A stretch of DNA of 64,000 nt from Macrostomum lignano (taxonomy: Eukaryota). Made by a program: the position numbers and the translations under genes. The notes beneath the pieces were generated by a model that was given only the letters and a program-made list of their open reading frames with translations, did no database searches and was not told the DNA's origin. Positions 36,385 through 48,576 of the stretch are shown here, one piece after another (position 1 is the stretch's first letter; every line of letters starts with the position of its first letter). The stretch is taken from the NCBI GenBank assembly GCA_002269645.1, contig NIVC01003195.1, positions 48,632-112,631 of the forward strand. The letters run 5' to 3'.

Positions 36385-36640
36385 CGCCCGTACTTGATAG
36401 CGAAAAGAGCCGTACTCGGATGGTTCCGGGGTCTGGAAAGTATACCAAATGAAGAAGCTACGAGCGTACTTAGGGAAGGAGGCCTAGACCCGATGGAGGT
36501 TTAACGGATGTTCTTAGATCGCGAAGACTGGAGGAACTGGATTAAACAACGCGTCAGGCAAATGGAAGCCTGGGAGAAAATGCAAGTGAACAAGACAAGA
36601 CGCCCGACACGACCATACAAAGAACACCATCACCAGCAAC
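36385..36640 (+). mobile_element. Probable non-LTR retrotransposon (RTE-like) ORF2 C-terminal remnant
   Basis: The frame reads AKRAVLGWFRGLE..LREGGLDPMEV*RMFLDREDWRNWIKQRVRQMEAWE. This resembles the DRxxWR-containing C-terminus of RTE-clade ORF2 (recalled similarity) and has an internal stop. Confidence 0.5.
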
Positions 36641-38343
36641 TGATCCCTCATGGGTGACAACAACTGATCCCTCATGGGTGACAACAACTGATCCCTCATG
36701 GGTGACAACATGCAACTGATCCTTCATGGGTGACAACAACTGATCCCTCATGGGTGACAACAACTGATCCCTCATGGGTGACAACAACTGATCCCTCTGG
36801 GGTGACAACAACTGATCCCTCATGGGTGACAACAACTGATCCCTCTGGGGTGACAACAACTGATCCCTCATGGGTGACAACAACTGATCCCTCAGGGGTG
36901 ACAACAACTGATCCCTCTGGGGTGACAACAACTGATCCCTCATGGGTGACAACAACTGATCCCTCATGGGTGACAACATGCAACTGATCCCTCAGGGGTG
37001 ACAACAACTGATCCCTCAGGGGTGACAACATGCAACTGATCCCTCAGGGGTGACAACAACTGATCCCTCAGGGGTGACAACATGCAACTGATCCCTCAGG
37101 GGTGACAACAACTGATCCCTCAGGGGTGACAACATGCAACTGATCCCTCAGGGGTGACAACAACTGATCCCTCATGGGTGACAACAACTGATCCCTCAGG
37201 GGTGACAACAACCGATCCCTCATGGGTGACAACAACTAATCCCTCAGGGGTGACAACATGCAACTGATCCCTCAGGGGTGACAACAACTGATCCCTCAGG
37301 GGTGACAACATGCAACTGATCCCTCAGGGGTGACAACAACTGATCCCTCAGAGGTGACAACATGCAACTGATCCCTCAGGGGTGACAACAACTGATCCCT
37401 CAGGGGTGACAACAACTGATCCCTCAGGGGTGACAACAACCGATCCCTCATGGGTGACAACAACTGATCCCTCAGGGGTGACAACAACTGATCCTTCATG
37501 GGTGACAACAACTGATCCCTCAGGGGTGACAACAACTGATCCCTCATGGGTGACAACAACTGATCCCTCAGGGGTAACAACAACTGATCCCTCATGGGTG
37601 ACAACAACTGATCCCTCATGGGTGACAACAACCGATCACTCAGGGGTAACAACAACCGATCACTCAGGGGTGACAACAACTGATCCCTCATGGGTGACAA
37701 CAACTGATCCCTCATGGGTGACAACAACTGATCCCTCAGGGGTAACAACAACCGATCACTCAGGGGTGACAACAACTGATCCCTCAGGGGTGACAACATG
37801 CAACTGATCCCTCAGGGGTGACAACAACTGATCCCTCAGAGGTGACAACATGCAACTGATCCCTCAGGGGTGACAACAACTGATCCCTCAGGGGTGACAA
37901 CAACTGATCCCTCAGGGGTGACAACAACTGATCCCTCAGGGGTGACAACAACTGATCCCTCAGGGGTGACAACAACTGATCCCTCAGGGGTGACAACATG
38001 CAACTGATCCCTCAGGGGTGACAACAACTGATCCCTCATGGGTGACAACATGCAACTGATCCTTCATGGGTGACAACAACTGATCCCTCAGGGGTGACAA
38101 CAACTGATCCCTCATGGGTGACAACAACTGATCCCTCATGGGTGACAACAACTGATCCCTCATGGGTGACAACAACTGATCCCTCATGGGTGACAACAAC
38201 TGATCTTTCATGGGTGACAATTCAACTGATCCCTTATGGGTGACAACAACTGATCCCTTATGGGTGACAACAACTGACCCTTCATGGGTGACAACAACTG
38301 ATCCCTCAGGGGTGACAACAACTGATCCCTCAGGGGTGACAAC
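36637..38343. repeat. 24-bp minisatellite (CAACTGATCCCTCAGGGGTGACAA) with 26-bp variants, about 70 copies
   Basis: Direct tandem copies. The 2-nt insertions break any reading frame. Confidence 0.97.
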
Positions 38344-39034
38344 AGAGACTTAAAGCAGGAAATATTTATAATTAGATGAGATACTTATAAGTAGCAATGC
38401 GTTAACTGATAGAGCTCAGTTTCAAGAAATAAAAAATCTGCAGCAATCATTTGCAACGATGTAAATTTTGACTCCAGCAGATGCATTCGGTTCGGAGTAA
38501 GAAAAATTACCCATTATATGTATGGCATGTAGCAAAATGTACACGCGACTCTCGCGGGTTTCTATAATTAGCCAGTTATAGCTTATAGAGAGCCATGTTC
38601 ACTGTACACTTGCCTGTCGTAGATTACTGGCTCGTAAAGTGCAAGACAGATGCTTTCAACGAGGGCGAGGGCGGGTGCTCGGTTCCTGCTAAAGGGAAAT
38701 GCTCGCGGAGTCAAGCTGCATACAGCTACTCTCTACTATAAGATTTATTAGGCCAGATGCGCTGTGCTATATATAGGAAACTAGCTATTTCCTGCAGCCT
38801 TTGTTCAGAGCGAGGCCAGGTTAATGCATCGTATATGCGTATGTAGCTGTGTTCTGTAGTTTAGAATTTGACAACATCAACTGGTAGGATATTTCTAGCA
38901 TGGCTAGAATACCTCTGAGTTGAGTGAATTATGAAATATATTCCTCAGAAATGAGGTTTAGTATTTGACATTACAAAATGCATAAATTGAGAATTTGATT
39001 GAACTGACAACTACGAGCTACTTCGTATATTTCT

Positions 39035-39470
39035 AATTGACTCAAATTTAGCGCCAACTGACGAATAATTTAAGGCGTTAATTGACTCAAAGTTAGCGCC
39101 AACTGACAACTAATTGATGGCGTTAATTGACTCAAAGTTAGCGCCAACTGACAACTAATTGATGGCGTTAATTGACTCAAAGTTAGCGCCAACTGACAAC
39201 TAATTGATGGCGTTAATTGACTCAAAGTTAGCGCCAACTGACAACTAATTGATGGCGTTAATTGACTCAAAGTTAGCGCCAACTGACGAATAATTCATGA
39301 AGTCCATTGATTCAAATTTAGCGCCAACTGACGAATAATTCATGAAGTCCATTGACTCAAATTTAGCGCCAACTGACGAATAATTCATGAAGTCCATTGA
39401 CTCAAATTTAGCGCCAACTGACGAATAATTCATGAAGTCCATTGACTCAAATTTAGCGCCAACTGACACC
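39035..39470. repeat. 45-bp minisatellite in two variants (AATTGACTCAAAGTTAGCGCCAACTGAC...)
   Basis: About 9-10 tandem copies. Confidence 0.92.
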
Positions 39471-39545
39471 CAACTACGAGTATACAAGGGGTTAAGGGGT
39501 TAGTATTTGGGTTAGTGATAATGAAAGTTAAACTCAGCTCAAGAG

Positions 39546-40268
39546 TCACTTATGCTTGCCAGCCTGTTCGGGGTGCAAATAAGTCTGAAAGAATGCAATA
39601 ACCGTTGCCATGGAGATGACGATGCCCAGCAAATTCAGCCAGCAGGCACACCGGCCCAGCTGGGCGGCTTTGCGCCGCTGCCTGCCAACGCCGGCTGCCG
39701 TGTCGGCCGTCGAGCTGGCCGCCAGAGTCCGATGCGACCGGATGGACACGAGGACTGCCAGACCGCCGAACAGGAAGTTGAAGAAGATGCAGGTGACAAA
39801 CGACATGCCCAGGTAGGTGATTCTCTGAGGATTTGGCGACTCATTTGGCGACTGCGCCGGCGGTTGCAGCAGCGGCGGCACTGACAACGGCGGAGGCGAC
39901 CGCGTCGTTTTCGGCGACGACAACGACGGAGCTGCCGGCGGGATCGTCGGCGAGGGAAGCCGCGAAGCTGTCAAGCTGGCGCAGGTGCACTCGCGGGCGC
40001 CGCTGTTGGCGATGAGGACGCAGCGGCTGGCGGCACCGCCTCCGATGGTCGCGTCGGGTTGAACGACGACTCGCAACGGGCGTGGCGACGCGTCCAGCGC
40101 TTGGATCTGAAAGGACGGACGCGCCTGCGACGACGGCGACGATGATGAAGCCGGCTCGAGTCGTCGCTGATGCTGCAGGAATTCAAGAGGCTGCGGCTGA
40201 GCAGCTGGGAGACCGGATTCTCTGCCCACAATCAGCGGCTGTCTCTGCTCGGCCAGCAGCAGAGCCAT
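39546..40268 (-). CDS. CD225/dispanin (IFITM/PRRT-like) membrane protein, 240 aa, intronless
   Basis: A Pro/Ser-rich N-terminus is followed by TYLGMSFVTCIFFNFLFGGLAVLVS..A.QLGRCACWLNLLGIVISMATVIAFF, the two-hydrophobic-segment CD225 pattern. An acceptor-like CTACAG lies 15 nt before the ATG. Confidence 0.8.
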   Translation of the reverse strand: MALLLAEQRQPLIVGRESGLPAAQPQPLEFLQHQRRLEPASSSSPSSQARPSFQIQALDASPRPLRVVVQPDATIGGGAASRCVLIANSGARECTCASLTASRLPSPTIPPAAPSLSSPKTTRSPPPLSVPPLLQPPAQSPNESPNPQRITYLGMSFVTCIFFNFLFGGLAVLVSIRSHRTLAASSTADTAAGVGRQRRKAAQLGRCACWLNLLGIVISMATVIAFFQTYLHPEQAGKHK

Positions 40269-40960
40269 GGCTATGCAGAACTTCTGTAGTGGAGATCAAC
40301 TGCTCAGCTCTTTATTCTTTTATCCCATGCGTCTTTATTTCTTCTACTGCTCCTGTGTCTTATTATCCGCATAGCTAGATCCCTTTTTCTCCCCTAGTAG
40401 CTGCTCCCTCTACCCTTTTCTCCGATCTCCAGAGCCGCCAGTTGGTCCGCGACTGATGAAGCTAGAGGAGGCTGCATGGGTAAAGCCGGAACCCCGCCAA
40501 ACTCTGTGCTCGCCGCCGCTATTGGGGACGAATTCGTGACTGCGGGGGGGGGAGATTTGAAGAGCGGCGATACGATCTCTTTTTCCCAACCCTTTCTTTC
40601 TCTGCACCGGCTCAGCGTTGCTGGAATTGCTCTTCGCTGGCAGATCTGCGACCAGAAAATGTAAAAGAGGCGAAGCATTTTTCGCTATTTGAATTTTTTT
40701 GAGTGAGACCAAAATAGAAGCGGCAGAGTGGAGGGATTGACTGATGCCGCATTTAACGCTGATATTCTGACGTCCCGCAGTTTCTAGCCTCGACCTCATC
40801 TCTGACTGGAAAAGATTCCAGATTCATATGCTGGGCCCTTAGGCTCGAATTGCGGAACTGCAATATCGCCAGGGCCGCGATCTCCAATTAAATGCTTGAC
40901 GCGCTTGCGGCTTTTCATGTGCCAAAGTGAAATTCAGGTCAGCTGAGAGCTGGATGGTTG

Positions 40961-40961
<1 letters not shown>

Positions 40962-41038
<77 letters not shown>

Positions 41039-41095
41039 TAGACAGGCAGACAGACAGAAAGAAAGACAGACAGACAGACAGGCAGACAGACAGAA
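40962..41095. repeat. (GACA)n microsatellite
   Basis: Visible periodicity. Confidence 0.97.
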
Positions 41096-41699
41096 AGCGG
41101 TCACTTAAGGCCAGAAAGTGTGAGATAGCCATGATGCAGTGTATAGAGGCCATGTATGCACTATGAAAAAGGACATGCCGCGCTAACCCATCGAGAGACG
41201 CAGACGCCAGGTTCCCAAAGCTTAGCCAGCAATTTATTATTCATAGCGAAGATGAGAAATCACGAAATCTGTTGCGATGAGATTCGGGCAGATGCCTGAA
41301 TGAATTCGTGAGAGGAGATGATATGAGCTATAGAAAGATGAAGAAGAGAGACTGCTGGCTGCATGTTTTGTAAGCACTGGTTGCTCAACTGTCTGCATTG
41401 GCCCGGCCCGGCCCGGCTTAGCTACGAGTATGTTGTAGAGCATAGGACGATGGGAACCGCAAGCAAGAGACCCGGGCTTAGTGGAACAGCTGACGAGTAC
41501 GGCTTTGCTGGGGAAAGAGAAATGAAATTTCTGGGAAGAGAATTAATTCGAATGGATCGGGGCGATGAGAATCGATTATCAGACAGGGATTTTTCAGGTG
41601 CTGCGCAGAGATTGGGGCGATCAGGGTTGCATGAAAATTCATGAGAAATCAGTTTGCGATGATGAATTGAGAGGCTTATGTATGAGGTAAAATGGGGAA

Positions 41700-42075
41700 A
41701 CAAGAAGAGAGTGGAGAGAGCAAAGAGTAGAGAGAAGAGTTTACAGAGACTAGAGAGAGCGAGGGAGTAGAGAGTGGAGGATGGAGAGAGGGGAGTGTAG
41801 AGTGGAGACAGGAGAGAGGAAAGAGGAGAGTCGAGAGAGGAGAGTGGAGAGAGAAGGGGACAGAGGAGAGAGGAGAGAGGATACAGGAGAGTGGAGAGTG
41901 GAGACAGGAGAGAGGAGAGAGGAGAGAGAAAAGAGGAAAGAGGAGAGTGGAGACAGGAGAGGGGACAGAGGAGAGAGGGGAGTGTAGAGTGGAGACAGGA
42001 GAGAGGAAAGAGGAGAGTCGAGAGAGGAGAGTGGAGAGAGAAGGGGACAGAGGAGAGAGGAGAGAGAAGAGTGCA
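41700..42075. repeat. Purine-rich (GA) low-complexity tract with internal duplications
   Basis: Almost entirely A/G on the + strand. Confidence 0.9.
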
Positions 42076-43026
42076 AAGTGCAGAGAGCGAGGCAAAGAGC
42101 GAGGCAAAACGTTCGCAGGAGTCAGAACTCGTTAAACAATATATTAGCAAGCAAAAGGAAACCAGACAAACGGAAGGATCAATCAATCTACACAAAGAAA
42201 AGTCGCACAGAGGAAGTGGCTAAAAGTGCGAGGCCGGCCGCACAGATCTTAAAAGCGCAGCTAATGTCCAGAGTACGCATCGAGGTTAAGTGGCAGTGTT
42301 CAGAAACAGTCGGTCAGCCTAATCAGTCAAGCGGCAAGTACGCGCCAAACACATTTTAGCTTGGTGTTTTTTTTTCCGCGGTCCGCGCAGTCCAGGCCCC
42401 AGGGTGTGGGACACATTCGATCCCTGGAGCCTTATCCCACATTCCGGACCCCAGGGAAAAAGCCAGGCAAGAGAGTGAACTCCCGCTACAGAGTTCTCCA
42501 CTAAAAAATCACGGCGGAGTCTACTCGACCCACCCCAGTTAAAGAGCACTTTTAAGCATACCGAATCGTTTAGTCTAGTAAGCTGCCATGCAACAGACAG
42601 ATTGATAGAGATTTGTAGGGAAATATCCTGCCTCAGGTTTTAGCAGTTCAGTTAGATTTGTCCCAAGGGAAATCGGCGTTCCTTTTTAGTCTGTCTGATG
42701 AAGCTGTGTAGGTTTCAGCTGAATTTTCAACCAAATCCATTAGCCTGCCCTTTCCGATGCAGTTTAGTGCGCATCATTCATCACGGAGACGCCCCGGTGG
42801 GTGTTCAGTAGGCGGCTGGGGGTGTCAAGAGACAATTTTTTCTTCCAAAACCCGATACGTGTCGGTTTTAGTTTTGTAGATTCTATCAAAAACAGAATTT
42901 TTTTAATTTACGGCATTCATCAATTTTTGTTTGTTTTGAGAGAGCAGCCGCTGGAAAGTTAAAATGTCTTACAATTTTTTTAAACTGAAAAGGCCTGTCT
43001 AATTCCTTTCATTACTCACACATTTA

Positions 43027-43250
43027 CTCTCTCCTCGCTACTCTCCCTTCTCTCCTCGCTACTCTCCCTTCTCTCCTCGCTACTCTCCCTTCTCTCCTCG
43101 CTACTCTCCCTTCTCTCCTCGCTACTCTCCCTTCTCTCCTCGCTACTCTCCCTTCTCTCCTCGCTACTCTCCCTTCTCTCCTCGCTACTCTCCCTTCTCT
43201 CCTCGCTACTCTCCCTTCTCTTTTTGCTACTCTCCCTTCTCTCCTCGCTA
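43027..43250. repeat. 21-bp pyrimidine-rich minisatellite (CTCTCCTCGCTACTCTCCCTT)
   Basis: About 10 tandem copies. Confidence 0.95.
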
Positions 43251-43533
43251 CTCTTTCCTCTTTATCCGCTAGTCTCCCTCTTCCGATTCTCGCTACTCTT
43301 CTTCTCTACTTACTTTGCTTCCTCTGCTACCTACTCTACTGACCTTTCTGTTCGCTATTTGTACCAACACAAGAAAAACAAGGTGTTAATCATGAAAATT
43401 TACTCGCTTATTGCATTTGATTTTCATTAGAGATTTGCCAGCGAAGAGCATTGCTCTCATATTGTCAAGAATGACGATCCTGTCCTGTCCTGTCCAGTCA
43501 CTGATATGATTTCGATATCTTCGAATCTGCCAG

Positions 43534-45498
<1,965 letters not shown>

Positions 45499-45579
45499 CT
45501 GCGGGAGAAACTCGCATCTTGTCAGCCTCAAATACGACCCTTTATTGACACTTAGTCCTTAGATTCTTCTCTGTAATTA

Positions 45580-45935
45580 CCAGAATCACTCCACTCGTCC
45601 CTACCAAAATCACTCCACTTGTCCCTACCAGAATCACTCCCACTCGTCCCTACCAGAATCACTTCACTCGTCCCTACCAGAAATACTCCACTCGTCCTTA
45701 CCAGAAACACTCCACTCGTCCCTACCAGAAATACCAGAAATGCTAGTTGACGCTAGAGCTGCCAGAATTGAAAAAAACTGTTTTGCAATGAGAGACAATT
45801 ATTGTTCCTTTTAGATTGTGGCTTAGCTATAGGCTTTCAGGTGGTAGCTCAGGCTTTCAGGTGGTAGCCCAGGCTTTCAGGTAGTAGGCTAGTAGCTCAT
45901 GCTTTCAGGTAATAGCTCAGGCTTTCAGGTGGTAG
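45580..45935. repeat. Two short minisatellites: 25-bp CCAGAATCACTCCACTCGTCCCTAC (45580-45740) and 20-bp GCTCAGGCTTTCAGGTGGTA (45830-45935)
   Basis: Direct tandem copies. Confidence 0.85.
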
Positions 45936-48576
45936 CTATTCTATTTCTAATTTCGAAAATCTTTTGGTAACACACAATTCGAATCAATAATTTTAAACGC
46001 AACCGTTATGACAAGAAAGATACAACAAAGTTTTACAATATATTAGTAGCAATGAGTAAAGAAAAAAATTCAAACGTTTAAACTCTTTAAAAAAGGTTTT
46101 ATAATTATTTTGGTTTAAAATTTTTGCGATTGCTTATAAAAAGCACAGAAAATTAAATCAATGGACGAAAAGAAATAACAAGCAAAAATTCTATTGACTG
46201 TCACAGGGTATAGGTCTATTAATATATTAGAGACACGGTTGAAAATTAATTGATTCTAATAGGTAAAAACATTTTGTGTTTACTAACTCTTTGCTATAGA
46301 AATGGCTAGTATTTTATTATTTAGATACATTTCGTGTGTGGGGCCTTCAATCTATGTTTAAAGAACCAAGAAATTTGCTGCACATAAACAGTTTCTAATA
46401 AAAATAGTAAGGGCCTTATCTTTAAATAGATAAAAAATAAACGATAACTAATGTTTTGGCTTTGTATTAGGGAGGAGTTTTTTGCTAGGCCTAAGTAATT
46501 TTTCTATATATTGATAGTGATAGGCTAGGCTAGCCAATTCCCTTGGTAGGGCCTAGTGGCTGAGGGAGGCCTAATATCACAATCAAAATGGCCAGTGTAT
46601 TAGACAGTATGGATCTAGTACTTTTAATTTAATTATAAAATATGGAATTTAGAAAAAAACATTTAAAACAATGGAAATACAATAAATTTTTCTTTTTTCT
46701 TTTAATTAAGCATAAAATATAAATAAACTAAAATGTTAGATTATTAGAGAAGTAAAAGTAAAGATTATCTCAATATTTTATTCAGCTTATAATAATGTAA
46801 TGTATAGTGTGTTATATGGCATTTGTATAGTATTAACCTATACAAAAGATAATTTAGAAAATAGAATAATATAAAAAACTAGGCCCTAGTATTAAATATA
46901 CTAAATCTCTAATATTTGTATGTCTATAACGCTCTAGAGATTGCAATTCTTCACCGATTTTCATCGTGTTTTTGCCAAAATTACTAGCTAAGGCTATAAA
47001 AAGAGCTGTCTACCAGCTAGCAAATAATTTTTTCTCATTTCTCATATTGGTATGCAATGTAAATAAAGCAATTGTCTTGCCAACAGGGATATATCTAAAA
47101 AAAACGAGACACTCGGGACATGTCCCCCTTTAGAAAGAGGTTTTTATTGTTTTTATATTTTATTTTTAGTTTTATTGCTAATATTTGAGTATGCACTGTG
47201 CAGTTAAATTTAGCTTAGAAGCAAATATACTAAAAAGCCCCTATGATATTGTTTTTTTGAATATTTAATCCTTTTAACAATGAGCTATAAGCTCATTGAA
47301 ATTTATATATCAATTTACACACTTGACATCTTTTGGTAAAGAAATATTGAAAATTGGTTGAGCTATTTGGCAGATAAGCAATTGCAAACATATAAGATTA
47401 TTATTATTAGTAGACCTTTACTAAGGCTATTTGATTACTAGGGCCTATATGATATAGGCCCTTATATAAATGTTTCTTTTATAATTAGGCCTCTAATAAA
47501 AAGAAAGATATTTATATGAATAGTATGCAAACTATTAATATAGGTATAGTTATTTAAATATATAGTAATAGCTATTCCTAGACTTATCTAAATATTTAGA
47601 TATAATTAAAAGTTAACCTATATCATTTTTCATATTGTTGATCTAGTCTTAGGAAAGTGACCAATTTTAGTATTTATATATAACATTTTTTATACTTGTA
47701 TATCTTTTGAAGGAAATAACATTCTGTTGAAATTAAAAAAGCAATAAAACTGTAAAATACTTATCTATATAGTGATACATTGCATTCAATTATGATTTTG
47801 CAATCAGTATATATGGAAAAATAGTGGGAAAGGTATGGATCAATTTTCCCACTATTTTTATGATTTCTTTATATTAAGGCAAAATGCTTTGTCATCTAGT
47901 ACTCTATCTATATTTTTAGGTAGGCATTTTTGTGACTTACCTTGGCTAGGCCCTAGATCAGCTAGCTTGGCTAGGTATTAGGCATATACAAAACTTTATT
48001 TTATCCTATAGTTGTGCAATAAAAATTCAGTTTTGTATTGTTTTTTTATTTTATAAGACCAAGCCAAAAATATATTTGCAAATGAAATGTTTTGTTCCTT
48101 TTTGAATCAAGTATATAAGTATATAACTATTCCTAACAAATTGCACTTAGACAGAGTGTGAATCCAGGATGCCATATAGCACTGTGAATGTGACATTTTA
48201 TAAAACCTTTGACTCAAATATTCTTTTTAATTTGTATAACCTGAATATTTATGGTTTAATTGGCTTAAACATTGGTTTTATAAACTAATGGCTGTAGCAA
48301 TATGCATTAAGTTTATTTATTCAACCTTATCTTTATGCACTGGCGCATAACTTGATAAAGAATTTCTGGAATAACTCTGGGAGTTGCGCACCTCCAAGTT
48401 GACCTACTAGGTGTCGAATCCTTGAGCTGAACTTTCTTAAACGCTCATTGACCTTGTGGCTCTTCCATCTTGAAGCAGTCTTAGTTGCTGTTCGGGCGCG
48501 CGCCTTATTACCATTGGCCAATCGCTCCGATGCGTAAAAAGCAGGCCTAAGCGCTTTATTTTGGAATTCTCTATAA

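Noticed and set aside
36514-38220. Mucin-like TTDPSGVT and LLSPLRDQ repeat ORFs
   Set aside because: Frequent 26-bp variants shift the frame every few units. There is no signal peptide or splice-defined frame.
40394-41650. Short ORFs and possible exons flanking the GACA tract upstream of CD225
   Set aside because: I could not assemble a consistent spliced frame or recognise any motif.
41422-42223. Leu/Ser-rich and Glu/Arg-rich ORFs
   Set aside because: They arise from a purine-rich low-complexity tract.
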